Virus record (IMG/VR): IMGVR_UViG_2974513524_000001
Coordinates: 10,896 to 74,895 of that record
Length of the DNA stretch: 64,000 bases
DNA from: a virus
Lineage: Duplodnaviria > Caudoviricetes
Direction: 5' to 3' (one strand)
In this document: piece after piece, positions 21,291 to 29,609 of the stretch
Layout of the letters: every line of letters starts with the position of its first letter
Position numbering within the stretch: the stretch's first letter is position 1
Position numbers and translations under genes: made by a program
The notes under the pieces: generated by a model
What the model was told of the DNA's origin: nothing
The model's database searches: none
What the model saw: the letters and a program-made list of their open reading frames with translations, nothing else

Positions 21291-22003
21291 ACCTGTTTCC
21301 CTGTGTCATTATCAAAAGTCAGAGAATGCTCGGCCACCCCCACTGCTGTGGTGCGCTTCTGACGTATCTGCTCTTGCTGCATCTCTACCAATGCCATAGT
21401 AGATTCGTGCAAAGCCTTGATAGCATCGTTGGCTTCAGTACTAACATCAAGTTCAACCTTAGCTTTCTCAGGCATCTTCAGGTGCGTGAGGATACTATTA
21501 GCCGCATCAGTACGAACCTTCTCACTCTGTGCACTGACCATCAGTTCAGCCTGCACATTGAGCGCCTTCTGATACATATCTTGGTTTAAGATCCAAGATG
21601 GGATCAGACTCTGCTCCATAATGGCAGACACAAGCTTGCCCTTGTTATAGGCAGTCACGTAGCTGGCAATATCCTTCGGGCTAACACCACGATTCACGAA
21701 GTCCTGATAACGATCAGGAAACGTAAGGGTATACGCCTCAATGTTGGTCTTACCCATAACCTTATACGTGCAGTACTTAACAGCATTCACATAGCTCTCA
21801 AGCTTGTGCTTACCATCGTTCATTACACTCGTGTAACCGATCAGGTTCTCACGAAAGGTTTCATGCAAGTTCACATCGCTGATCATGTTGATCACACCAG
21901 CAACAACCTCCTTCGACACAGACTTCTTCATCTTGTCAGGCAGAGCAGCCTTGAACTGTTCAACAGTCATCTGTTGTTCAGGGGTATACGGTACAAGGCT
22001 CAT
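21287..22003 (-). CDS. N4 gp69-like protein (putative terminase small subunit)
   Basis: YVNAVKYC, TFPDRY, AYNKGKLV and SEKVRTDAANSILTHL segments. Confidence 0.8.
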   Translation of the reverse strand: MSLVPYTPEQQMTVEQFKAALPDKMKKSVSKEVVAGVINMISDVNLHETFRENLIGYTSVMNDGKHKLESYVNAVKYCTYKVMGKTNIEAYTLTFPDRYQDFVNRGVSPKDIASYVTAYNKGKLVSAIMEQSLIPSWILNQDMYQKALNVQAELMVSAQSEKVRTDAANSILTHLKMPEKAKVELDVSTEANDAIKALHESTMALVEMQQEQIRQKRTTAVGVAEHSLTFDNDTGKQV

Positions 22004-22275
22004 ACAGCCTCCTTGAATTCAAATAGATTATGTACGTCGGCATCATCAATGTGCCAGACAGTGCAGCTTGCAGTACAGATCACCCAGTCTCCAGCGTACA
22101 CAGGCCACCACCTGCCGGTGATTACCTTCACCTCAAAGGGGCTTCGCTCAGTAGGCAGCTTGGCATTGCCAGCCTTCACCACAGCTTCAAACCATGGAGG
22201 AATGGGGCCTAGTGGTCCCTTGTACTGGAAGCCCGTCATAACCTGCCCAGTGCGCTTAGAAGTAAAGGCAGTCAT
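22000..22275 (-). CDS. Hypothetical protein
   Basis: 91 aa, coupled; GDWVI motif. Confidence 0.65.
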   Translation of the reverse strand: MTAFTSKRTGQVMTGFQYKGPLGPIPPWFEAVVKAGNAKLPTERSPFEVKVITGRWWPVYAGDWVICTASCTVWHIDDADVHNLFEFKEAV

Positions 22276-22454
22276 TTGTATGGCTTCTGAAAAGTAAGTA
22301 CATCGTCTTCAACAGTGAAGACAACACCAACAGGTACAAGCTCACCCTTGTAGGTCAGCTTACCTCGTTCATCGTAGTCAAAGTCTGTAGACCACATAGC
22401 CAGTATCTTGGTCACGGACTCAGCTGTGCCTGTGTATTCAACAGTAGTAGTCAT
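22272..22454 (-). CDS. Hypothetical protein
   Basis: 60 aa, coupled. Confidence 0.6.
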   Translation of the reverse strand: MTTTVEYTGTAESVTKILAMWSTDFDYDERGKLTYKGELVPVGVVFTVEDDVLTFQKPYK

Positions 22455-22672
22455 TTGACCACCACTAGCACAGACGTGCGCTTAATCCAGACAGTCTGGC
22501 CAGGTTCAACATATAGGTCACCAGCAGGCAGCTCTATACGAACATGACCAGTAGAACCTAGCTTAACGATGGACCAACCCTTACCAGCAGGGCCAAACCA
22601 TTCAGTTAGGCAGTCAGTCAGGGCACTGAAGTTATCAGCAGAATACTGAAGTGTAGAAGCTGCGTGAGTCAT
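22451..22672 (-). CDS. Hypothetical protein
   Basis: 73 aa, AGGT RBS. Confidence 0.6.
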   Translation of the reverse strand: MTHAASTLQYSADNFSALTDCLTEWFGPAGKGWSIVKLGSTGHVRIELPAGDLYVEPGQTVWIKRTSVLVVVK

Positions 22673-22900
22673 AGTTAACCTATAGGTAGAACATAGTTCG
22701 CCATAGTGTACAGGATTAAAAAAATTTTATGGGGAAATCGGGTTAGGGGAAATTTTATTGTTGGAAGACGAATGCAGTACTTAAGGTATGGGACCGTAAA
22801 ACCGAAACCGTCCCCCCCTACCTCATCGTGAATGAGTTTTCTCATTACCCTACCCCACCTACGGTGCTGTCATGACTACCACCTCATGGATGTACTACCT
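22673..22900. other. Probable genome-end / terminal-repeat junction
   Basis: Non-coding strand-switch region between gp69-side genes and the first early genes. Has A/T tracts, a C7 run and the first vRNAP hairpin promoter, which is where N4-like termini lie. Confidence 0.6.
22856..22874 (+). promoter_or_regulatory. vRNAP hairpin promoter (GTA triloop on template)
   Basis: CACC-TAC-GGTG-CTGT; template strand reads C-GTA-G, matching the N4 C-GDA-G hairpin consensus. Confidence 0.6.
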
Positions 22901-22975
22901 ATGAACTACTACGCTATTGCTGGTGCCTGTGCGCTAGCTACTGTGTGTGTACTGTTGTACCTCATCGTACTGTAA
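22901..22975 (+). CDS. 24-aa hydrophobic peptide MNYYAIAGACALATVCVLLYLIVL
   Basis: Hand-translated; shares the upstream sequence GTACTACCTATG with the gene at 23031; lies after a hairpin promoter. Confidence 0.5.
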   Translation: MNYYAIAGACALATVCVLLYLIVL

Positions 22976-22993
22976 GGCTACGCCTATGTAGTG
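22975..22993 (+). promoter_or_regulatory. vRNAP hairpin promoter
   Basis: AGGC-TAC-GCCT-ATGT. Confidence 0.7.
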
Positions 22994-23030
22994 GATACCA
23001 TGTGGTGTCTACTACTCTGGAGTACTACCT

Positions 23031-23321
23031 ATGTTTGCAATGATCCGTCAATTCTTCGCTATGTTCTCTTCCCTGTTCTCCGCAGGTGAGAAGCTGGCTA
23101 ACGGCCTCAACCATGCTGCATCCTTCGTCGAAGGTGAAGCTGCTGGCTTCAACGAACGTACCTCTCTGGCTCGCTCCCAAGAGCTGAAGAAACTCCGTTC
23201 CATGTACACCATCGAAGATCGTGAGCTTGCTGCTGCTGACGCTATCTCCGCTCGTGACCTCGACAAAACCCTGCGTGAAACTGCCGTAAAACAAGGTAAA
23301 GCCGCTACTGCTGCTGCCTAA
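23031..23321 (+). CDS. First early protein (hypothetical)
   Basis: 96 aa with GGAG RBS and an amphipathic N-terminus. Confidence 0.8.
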   Translation: MFAMIRQFFAMFSSLFSAGEKLANGLNHAASFVEGEAAGFNERTSLARSQELKKLRSMYTIEDRELAAADAISARDLDKTLRETAVKQGKAATAAA

Positions 23322-23328
23322 TCCACCT

Positions 23329-23350
23329 TAGGGGGACTTCGGTCCTCCTA
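23329..23350 (+). terminator. UUCG hairpin (weak terminator or processing site)
   Basis: TAGGGGGAC-TTCG-GTCCTCCTA with no clear U-tract. Confidence 0.45.
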
Positions 23351-23372
23351 TCCATAATCTAGGAGTATATCC

Positions 23373-23564
23373 ATGCGTACTATCATCGCTATCCTTGCTG
23401 GCATTGCTATCTTCATGTATGCCGATCTCGCTCTATCCTATGAGCTTATTGGCTATGGCCTCACACCTTACATCGCTGTACCTGCAATCATCGCTATCTT
23501 AGCCATGACTACCTTTGCGTTCTGCGCTGAACACAAACGCTTCATGTTCAACCTCTCCAACTAA
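23373..23564 (+). CDS. Small two-TM membrane protein
   Basis: 63 aa, AGGAG RBS, two hydrophobic segments. Confidence 0.75.
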   Translation: MRTIIAILAGIAIFMYADLALSYELIGYGLTPYIAVPAIIAILAMTTFAFCAEHKRFMFNLSN

Positions 23565-23597
23565 CCTCATTCCTTCGGGAGTGGGGTTATCCCTTTT
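23562..23597 (+). terminator. Rho-independent terminator
   Basis: TAACCTCATTCC-TTCG-GGAGTGGGGTTA followed by TCCCTTTT. Confidence 0.65.
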
Positions 23598-23815
23598 AAA
23601 AGCACACAACACGTCACACAACCAACACACATCGTAGACAGTAGGATTATCAAGGGGATAGTTATTCATAAGTCATCTCCTAATCACTCTAGTGATCCTA
23701 CATACGAGAGATAGGTAGGGATATTCGGGGCAAAGTAGTACTTGTGTGGTACATCCTCCCAATTCCGATATCCTACCTATGTACATCCTCAATTCCGGTA
23801 TTCACCGATAAACTA

Positions 23816-23834
23816 AAGCTACGCTTCTGTAATG
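23816..23834 (+). promoter_or_regulatory. vRNAP hairpin promoter
   Basis: AAGC-TAC-GCTT-CTGT. Confidence 0.7.
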
Positions 23835-23868
23835 GTATTTATATAGTCCATTCTGAGGTGTTATCACT

Positions 23869-24081
23869 ATGTCTTTGACTCTTATCCTCCTGCCTTGCAT
23901 TCATGCATCCGATACAACCATTGAGCTGCCGGTCTCTGATCGTGCTCAAGCTGTTGCAGTGGTTCAGGCATATGGTATTGACCGTCTGGATCATGCGGCT
24001 CTTGTGCGCTATCACAAGGACGTTACAGACGGTTCTCCATACGAAGAACTCATGACCCTTCACGATTTCATTACTGCTTAA
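23869..24081 (+). CDS. Hypothetical early protein
   Basis: 70 aa, GAGGTG RBS. Confidence 0.7.
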   Translation: MSLTLILLPCIHASDTTIELPVSDRAQAVAVVQAYGIDRLDHAALVRYHKDVTDGSPYEELMTLHDFITA

Positions 24082-24090
24082 GAGGTGTAT

Positions 24091-24372
24091 ATGTCCACTC
24101 TTCCAGATGTACCAAATAACAAGATCGTATCCATTCACGTGCAAACCACGCGTCTTACTGGCGCTGGTGTTGAGGTCATCTCTTATCGTGATAAGGGTGA
24201 TAAGGCTACTCACTGGTCTATCTATCTGCGTAAGGCAGATGGTTCGGTAGTGTGGGTAAGTGACATTCCAATTGGTACTGGTCACCGTGCCAATAACTAC
24301 TACAGTGAAGCCGTGCTTGCAGCTGCCAAGTTGTCTATGGAGCATAAGGCGTTCATAGAACAAATCCAATAA
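24091..24372 (+). CDS. Hypothetical early protein
   Basis: GAGGTG RBS; ATHWSIYLR segment. Confidence 0.7.
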   Translation: MSTLPDVPNNKIVSIHVQTTRLTGAGVEVISYRDKGDKATHWSIYLRKADGSVVWVSDIPIGTGHRANNYYSEAVLAAAKLSMEHKAFIEQIQ

Positions 24373-24377
24373 GTCTT

Positions 24378-24596
24378 ATGGCTAAGACTAAATGGTATTT
24401 CATTGACGACAATGGGGATGTTCAAGTTAGTTATGACTTGAATTCCTTATGCCATACAGGCTACAGACAAGCTATGCATGGAGCTACTTACGATCCACAT
24501 TGGCGTCGTAAGGACATAGACAGAATATCTTCTGTTTATATAGAAAATACTGAAGTCCCTCAACTAATCTTAATGGCTCATTTAATAGGTGTATAA
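24378..24596 (+). CDS. Small early protein, PxxPhixMxxLPhiG family member 1
   Basis: Ends EVPQLILMAHLIGV. Confidence 0.7.
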   Translation: MAKTKWYFIDDNGDVQVSYDLNSLCHTGYRQAMHGATYDPHWRRKDIDRISSVYIENTEVPQLILMAHLIGV

Positions 24597-24598
24597 CC

Positions 24599-25036
24599 AT
24601 GGCTGCTCGCGTAAATAACTATCACGTTGTAATCACCACTGCTATTGCTACCTTTGCAATGTCACGCCCTATTCAGGATAGTCCTGATATGGTCAATTGG
24701 GTGGCTAAGCAGATTTCTGAAACCAACAATGCTGATGTAAGCATTTACCTTAATGGTGTGTGCAAGGCTCAGCATAAAGTATTTGCAGATGGTCATGTAC
24801 CAGCTGTATGGACTCACACTCCACTGCCTGTTGGTATGGCCGCTGCTGCACTTCAAACCAAGTTTGAAGAACGCGCTGCTGTTGTACTGGGTGATGCTGA
24901 CTCAGGCACCAACTTCGCTTTGTGGAAGTCAGGAACTCATAGCAATGCGGACAATCGTTACATTGATCCAACTGTGCGTGCTGCTTGGATGATGTATGTC
25001 GATCAAGCCATCGAACACTTCGTCGCTACTAAATAA
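24599..25036 (+). CDS. Hypothetical protein
   Basis: 145 aa; YIDPTVRAAW segment. Confidence 0.7.
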   Translation: MAARVNNYHVVITTAIATFAMSRPIQDSPDMVNWVAKQISETNNADVSIYLNGVCKAQHKVFADGHVPAVWTHTPLPVGMAAAALQTKFEERAAVVLGDADSGTNFALWKSGTHSNADNRYIDPTVRAAWMMYVDQAIEHFVATK

Positions 25037-25047
25037 GGAGATACACC

Positions 25048-25368
25048 ATGGTTGCTACTCAATTGCCTAAAGGCTGCAAGTTCGTTCGTATGGAAGATGC
25101 CGGTCGCTTTGCGCTGCCTCCTGAAGCCATCGTGGTACATGCTGGTCTCATTGATGAATTGGTGAAAGGTGATTATGTAAAGATCACCGTTGACTTCGGT
25201 GAAGCCAGTGAGAAGTTCTGGTGTGACCTGATGGGTTATGACCCTGAAACAGGGCTCATGGAACTGCGTGTAGCCAATGATTTGGTGTACGCCAAGTTCC
25301 ATGGGCTTGATGATGGTCACATCATCATAGTTGAAAAACAATACCTCTGTGCTGCTATCAAGGAGTAA
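25048..25368 (+). CDS. Hypothetical protein
   Basis: 106 aa, AAGGAG RBS; GDYVKI...EKFW...VANDL pattern. Confidence 0.75.
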   Translation: MVATQLPKGCKFVRMEDAGRFALPPEAIVVHAGLIDELVKGDYVKITVDFGEASEKFWCDLMGYDPETGLMELRVANDLVYAKFHGLDDGHIIIVEKQYLCAAIKE

Positions 25369-25371
25369 ACC

Positions 25372-25665
25372 ATGATCCTGTCTGCCCTGATGTATGTCTG
25401 CATTCAAACTGCGGATGGCAACCGTGAGTGTGATGTTCGTGCTTCGCGTCGAGTTGACGTAGTAAGTGAAGACAGTTGCACTAAGCAACTCAACACTGCT
25501 GTAGTTGAGTTAGTTAAACATACACTCAAAGAAGAAGGAGGTACTGTAATTACCAAGACGTATGTTAAATGCATGCGGATTGGAGACTATACAGCCTCAC
25601 TCCGTGAGGTTCCTGTAACGCTGGAGAGCTTAGGCTACTCCACAGTCGTACTATCCTTCTTCTGA
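25372..25665 (+). CDS. Hypothetical protein (possibly exported)
   Basis: 97 aa, AAGGAG RBS, Cys-containing. Confidence 0.7.
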   Translation: MILSALMYVCIQTADGNRECDVRASRRVDVVSEDSCTKQLNTAVVELVKHTLKEEGGTVITKTYVKCMRIGDYTASLREVPVTLESLGYSTVVLSFF

Positions 25666-25675
25666 GGTACTTAAT

Positions 25676-25876
25676 ATGGATGCCGGTAAAATACTTTTGT
25701 TCGGGGTACTTATGTGCCTCGGACTGGTAGCCTCTACCATCGAAGTTCAAAAAGTGGATGCAGGTGGCAATAAACCAATTGAGTTGGTGTATGGCCCTGA
25801 TATCCACGGTGTAGTTTGTTATCGCGATGCGCGTAACTCCTACGGTGATCCACTTTCCTGCGTAAAAGCGTACTAA
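25676..25876 (+). CDS. Small signal-anchored protein
   Basis: 66 aa; N-terminal TM and GVVCY...LSCVK. Confidence 0.7.
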   Translation: MDAGKILLFGVLMCLGLVASTIEVQKVDAGGNKPIELVYGPDIHGVVCYRDARNSYGDPLSCVKAY

Positions 25877-25877
25877 G

Positions 25878-26057
25878 ATGGTTACTGCAATTTGCGTAGG
25901 ACTACTACTCTGGCTGATATTCATCGGCTGGGTAGTAGTCACTGGTGATGATCGGCCAGAGGATGTTCCTTCAATCTTCCTGTTGTTGGTTATCAGCGTC
26001 TCATTCTGTGTTGTTGTTCAACACTTCGGTTCAATGCTTATTGGAGCAATAGCATGA
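25878..26057 (+). CDS. Small two-TM membrane protein (59 aa)
   Basis: Hand-translated MVTAICVGLLLWLIFIGW...; fills the gap and overlaps the next start (ATGA). Confidence 0.6.
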   Translation: MVTAICVGLLLWLIFIGWVVVTGDDRPEDVPSIFLLLVISVSFCVVVQHFGSMLIGAIA

Positions 26058-26434
26058 TCTTCGTATTCGGTAGTAACTTGGCTGGTCGCCATGGTGCAGG
26101 TGCAGCAGCGTATGCATATAACCATGAGGGTGCTGTATATGGTCAAGGCATTGGCCACTTTGGTAATAGCTATGCTATTCCAACCAAAGACCACAACATC
26201 CAAACCATGGAGCTGGTGGACATTCAACAATGTGTTGAGTTGTTCATTCAGTATGCTGAGTTGAACCCTGACCTTAAGTTCAAGGTAACTCGCATTGGCT
26301 GTGGTCTGGCTGGCTACAAGGACGAGGACATTGCACCAATGTTCTCTAAAGCACCATCCAACTGCTGGTTCGATCAAGTATGGTTTACGCACTTGCCTGA
26401 ACCTAACAGCCGTAACTACTGGGGCACCATGTAA
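26054..26434 (+). CDS. A1S_2505-like phage protein (macro-domain-like fold)
   Basis: IFVFGSNLAGRHGAGAA, SYAIPTK and FKVTRIGCGLAG motifs. Confidence 0.8.
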   Translation: MIFVFGSNLAGRHGAGAAAYAYNHEGAVYGQGIGHFGNSYAIPTKDHNIQTMELVDIQQCVELFIQYAELNPDLKFKVTRIGCGLAGYKDEDIAPMFSKAPSNCWFDQVWFTHLPEPNSRNYWGTM

Positions 26435-26637
26435 TGGATAAAGCCCACATAGTTATGTATGCCTTAGCGGTGTACGGTCTGTTAACCATGATCCTAAGTT
26501 TTCTTGTATGGCTGGGTGAGTGCAATAACTTCGAAGAAGCCAAACCAGATGTATGCATGAGCAACTTCTGGAAATGGGGATTTGTGATCACTTTGATCAT
26601 CATTGTGATCGCATTCCTCATTGGCCCACCGGAGTAA
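26434..26637 (+). CDS. Small two-TM membrane protein
   Basis: 67 aa with two hydrophobic helices. Confidence 0.65.
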   Translation: MDKAHIVMYALAVYGLLTMILSFLVWLGECNNFEEAKPDVCMSNFWKWGFVITLIIIVIAFLIGPPE

Positions 26638-26639
26638 AT

Positions 26640-26921
26640 ATGCAGCTACCTCAGTTGTACAGCAAGCTCACGTACGTACAGAGACGTATGGTGCGTGAGC
26701 AGTACATGGAGTTGCAGCATAACCTGTGCTACTGGTGTCGTGGCCACTTGTGGGAACCACCACCAGAGCGCATCTTGAACACGCCAATTAACTTGGCATT
26801 GTTCCCGCCCAACTTCCTCAAACATCCAATTCATTTACAACATAACCACAAGACTGACGAGACAGAAGGTGCAGTTCATGCACGCTGTAACGCAGTGATG
26901 TGGCAATACCATGGGAGATAA
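26640..26921 (+). CDS. Zn-finger / endonuclease VII-like small protein
   Basis: CYWC ... HLQHNH ... GAVHARCN; GGAG RBS. Confidence 0.65.
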   Translation: MQLPQLYSKLTYVQRRMVREQYMELQHNLCYWCRGHLWEPPPERILNTPINLALFPPNFLKHPIHLQHNHKTDETEGAVHARCNAVMWQYHGR

Positions 26922-26924
26922 ACC

Positions 26925-27338
26925 ATGATTCATTGCAACTGTGCTACCTGCCGATTGAATGGCTATCAAGGGCGTTCATACATTGAGTACAGTGGGCAGA
27001 ATTACTGTACTGCCCATCCTCAATACATCAGCATCAAGCGTTACAAGCAGGCTCTTGATCTGCTTGGTGCACCTAAACCAGACACTGACTGGTATTCGAA
27101 GGTACATGTACCTGTGGTACAGACGCCTAAACCCAAACCTAAACCAGTGTTACACACCTACGTGTTGAGCTTTCGTGATGCTCGTGGAGTAGAGCAAGAC
27201 TGGTTCATTAAGTCTGACTGTGACGAAGATGCTTGTAATCAAGCACAAGCTTTCATGAAGTGCCTACCCTTCTGTAACTCACCTTTCACTCTCATTCGTG
27301 AGACTGAAGTACGGCTACTTCAAGTACTCAACCGATAA
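26925..27338 (+). CDS. Hypothetical protein
   Basis: 137 aa with a Cys-rich N-terminus. Confidence 0.65.
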   Translation: MIHCNCATCRLNGYQGRSYIEYSGQNYCTAHPQYISIKRYKQALDLLGAPKPDTDWYSKVHVPVVQTPKPKPKPVLHTYVLSFRDARGVEQDWFIKSDCDEDACNQAQAFMKCLPFCNSPFTLIRETEVRLLQVLNR

Positions 27339-27432
27339 TATAAAGTACTCAAAATGAGTATTTTTGACTAAGAATCCGATAGGGCAACCGAGGTAGTTTC
27401 GGTTGTCGGAGATACTCTAAATGGGGTGTGTT

Positions 27433-27705
27433 ATGACCGTAATGAAGAACGACTTTGCTTGTGCTGAGTTGAACAACCGTAAGATTGAGTTGATCGAACT
27501 GCTGCAACGTCATATGGAAGCACGTCGTCGCTTCCGTAAAGTGTCTGTGGCAACCATGGGCGAAGAACTGGGTGTCGGTGAACGTACTGCTGCCAAGGTA
27601 CTGGCTGGCCACTTTCTCGACTTGTCGATGGATATCCTGTTCTGCATGAGTGTTCGTGCAGGACTCACTGTAACCGTAAGCACTCGTGCAATCGTAAGGA
27701 GCTAA
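27433..27705 (+). CDS. XRE-type HTH protein
   Basis: SVATMGEELGVGERTAAKVLAG helix-turn-helix followed by LSMDIL...AGLTV. Confidence 0.65.
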   Translation: MTVMKNDFACAELNNRKIELIELLQRHMEARRRFRKVSVATMGEELGVGERTAAKVLAGHFLDLSMDILFCMSVRAGLTVTVSTRAIVRS

Positions 27706-27708
27706 ACC

Positions 27709-27936
27709 ATGCTTGTTCAATATGTACTGGCGTTCGTCGCAGTGATCCAGATGTTCCTGATCTTGGCACTGTTCAAGCGTGTAGAGCTTCATCGTAAGCT
27801 TCATATGCGTGGTGCTGAAGCTGGTGTAAAACTGGCCATGGCCTGTATGGCTATGGGTGCCGATGTAATTAAACTCAAGAAAAAGGTTGGTATCGATGGC
27901 GATCAACAACAAAGCACTACAGATCATAAAGAATAA
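27709..27936 (+). CDS. Small membrane protein
   Basis: 75 aa, AAGGAG RBS, N-terminal TM. Confidence 0.65.
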   Translation: MLVQYVLAFVAVIQMFLILALFKRVELHRKLHMRGAEAGVKLAMACMAMGADVIKLKKKVGIDGDQQQSTTDHKE

Positions 27937-28156
27937 CACCCACCTGCCTCCAAGCATTCTTCAGAATGTGCTGCAAGCACAGGGACAGATCGTGCCATTG
28001 GGCCAGATCTCCGAGATCATTGAAGCCATCAAAGAGCACGATCAAGTGCACACAGTGACCTCACCGAAAGGTCTTAAGGTGAACATCAGTGACATGGATA
28101 CCATCCTCCAATACGCATTGGCTGGTGGTATGCCTCGAGAACTGTTGCGTAAGTGA
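27896..28156 (+). CDS. Hypothetical protein
   Basis: ORF with AAGGT RBS. Confidence 0.6.
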   Translation: MAINNKALQIIKNNTHLPPSILQNVLQAQGQIVPLGQISEIIEAIKEHDQVHTVTSPKGLKVNISDMDTILQYALAGGMPRELLRK

Positions 28157-28163
28157 TATCGCT

Positions 28164-28183
28164 GGGGCTACGCCCCTGTAAAG
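28164..28183 (+). promoter_or_regulatory. vRNAP hairpin promoter
   Basis: GGGGC-TAC-GCCCC-TGTA, upstream of the gp2-like gene. Confidence 0.7.
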
Positions 28184-28224
28184 GCAATCATGCCATCAAA
28201 TATTTATCCGTAAGGAGAGCCATC

Positions 28225-28530
28225 ATGGCCGTAGCAAAGAAAGGCGCCACTCGTACCACTTCGACTCAAGCCGCTCAGGGCAACCAGTGGGAAAAAGCTT
28301 CTGCGTTCCTCAACATCTCGCTGCCGACTGCCGGTGGCGACAACGTGCGTGTTGACTCGATCAAACTGAAAGAGTCCAACGTCGTGCACGCACAGATCAT
28401 CAGCAAGTTGTCCGACCCAGCGTTGTCTGCTGAAGAACGCGCTGAAAAGCTGAAAGCTCTCACCGGCCTGCTGATCATCGACTTCCAGGTCGTCCGCAGC
28501 GACGAAGAAAAAGAGCTGGTCGATTTCTGA
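28225..28530 (+). CDS. Putative N4 gp2/Drc-like ssDNA-binding RNAP II cofactor
   Basis: WEKASAFLNISLPT resembles N4 gp2 KAQYWLNI...SLPT; aromatic C-terminal residue; own promoter and terminator. Confidence 0.55.
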   Translation: MAVAKKGATRTTSTQAAQGNQWEKASAFLNISLPTAGGDNVRVDSIKLKESNVVHAQIISKLSDPALSAEERAEKLKALTGLLIIDFQVVRSDEEKELVDF

Positions 28531-28536
28531 TTCCCC

Positions 28537-28572
28537 ATGGTCACTACCTTCGGGTGGTGGCCATCCTTTTTT
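28537..28572 (+). terminator. Rho-independent terminator
   Basis: ATGGTCACTACC-TTCG-GGTGGTGGCCAT followed by CCTTTTTT. Confidence 0.75.
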
Positions 28573-28584
28573 CAAGGGCACACC

Positions 28585-29061
28585 ATGAAAAAGAAGTTCC
28601 TCGGCCTCAGTGATGATGGCTTCCGGGTGTACACCATGTGGACGCCGGGTGAGAAAGGTGACTGCGGCATCGTTATGACGATTGGTTATCGAGACGATGA
28701 GTTCATGGTCTATGAATCTGAGCCTTGGGCAAACCAACAAGAACAAGAGATAGAGCGTATTGCTCTGTCCGCTGCTGATGAAATGCGCAATCTTCAAACC
28801 ATGATGATGAGTAGCGTCACATTTGGTTATGGAGCACGTGGTTTCGGTAAAAGAAGTATTGGTCAGCTAGATCAGATTACAAAGGGTAGCTTTGCTGATC
28901 TTGAAGCCAGGGCTAAGCGTTCACATAGCAAATCGCTCATGTTTATTGATGAGTATAAAGCAAGGAACCCCAAAATTACGGTTACTCCTGATCAACAGGG
29001 GCAACCAAAGCGTAAACCTCAACCTAATCGTGGCCCAAGAGGCCGTAAGGACTGGAAATGA
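28585..29061 (+). CDS. Hypothetical protein
   Basis: ORF with a basic C-terminal tail (NRGPRGRKDWK). Confidence 0.7.
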   Translation: MKKKFLGLSDDGFRVYTMWTPGEKGDCGIVMTIGYRDDEFMVYESEPWANQQEQEIERIALSAADEMRNLQTMMMSSVTFGYGARGFGKRSIGQLDQITKGSFADLEARAKRSHSKSLMFIDEYKARNPKITVTPDQQGQPKRKPQPNRGPRGRKDWK

Positions 29062-29351
29062 ACATTACTCCTAATGAAATGCTGGGTTTGCTGATTGTTG
29101 TTGTGGTTCTCTTGATGCTTCTGCTGCTTGGTGCAGCAAAGCGTCGTAAGCACACAAAGATCTATCCAATGTGTGTCGTATTCTGGTGTGCACACAGTAA
29201 TGAGCAATTCATTACACCTGTGCGCAATCTTGGTGCAGCTCAGACACTGATTAACAAAATTAATCTGTTGTCTGTAGTAGAGCCACATATTGATGTGGCA
29301 GGCACTGCAACCCATCGCCTTGAGCGTGGTATCTGGAAGATGATCGAATGA
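29058..29351 (+). CDS. Membrane-anchored hypothetical protein
   Basis: 97 aa with N-terminal TM, coupled. Confidence 0.65.
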   Translation: MNITPNEMLGLLIVVVVLLMLLLLGAAKRRKHTKIYPMCVVFWCAHSNEQFITPVRNLGAAQTLINKINLLSVVEPHIDVAGTATHRLERGIWKMIE

Positions 29352-29605
29352 GATACCAACTGTTCTTTAAGTGTGGCGATGAAATAGAGGTTCTCCAGTC
29401 GGATAACCTCGACGACTCAGAAACACAGAAGAATGCTGGTCTTAAGTGGTTTTCAGGTGGTGATAAAGAGCTTTATATCCATGACAGTCGTTTCGACTTC
29501 TGGCAACAAGCTCGTGTAAATCACCAAGACAAGATCAGTACACTCGGTGTAGTACGTACTGAATACATTCCTCCATTGGTGCGTATGCGCCACCTCATTG
29601 GGTGA
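29348..29605 (+). CDS. PxxPhixMxxLPhiG family member 2
   Basis: Ends IPPLVRMRHLIG. Confidence 0.7.
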   Translation: MRYQLFFKCGDEIEVLQSDNLDDSETQKNAGLKWFSGGDKELYIHDSRFDFWQQARVNHQDKISTLGVVRTEYIPPLVRMRHLIG

Positions 29606-29609
29606 AACC

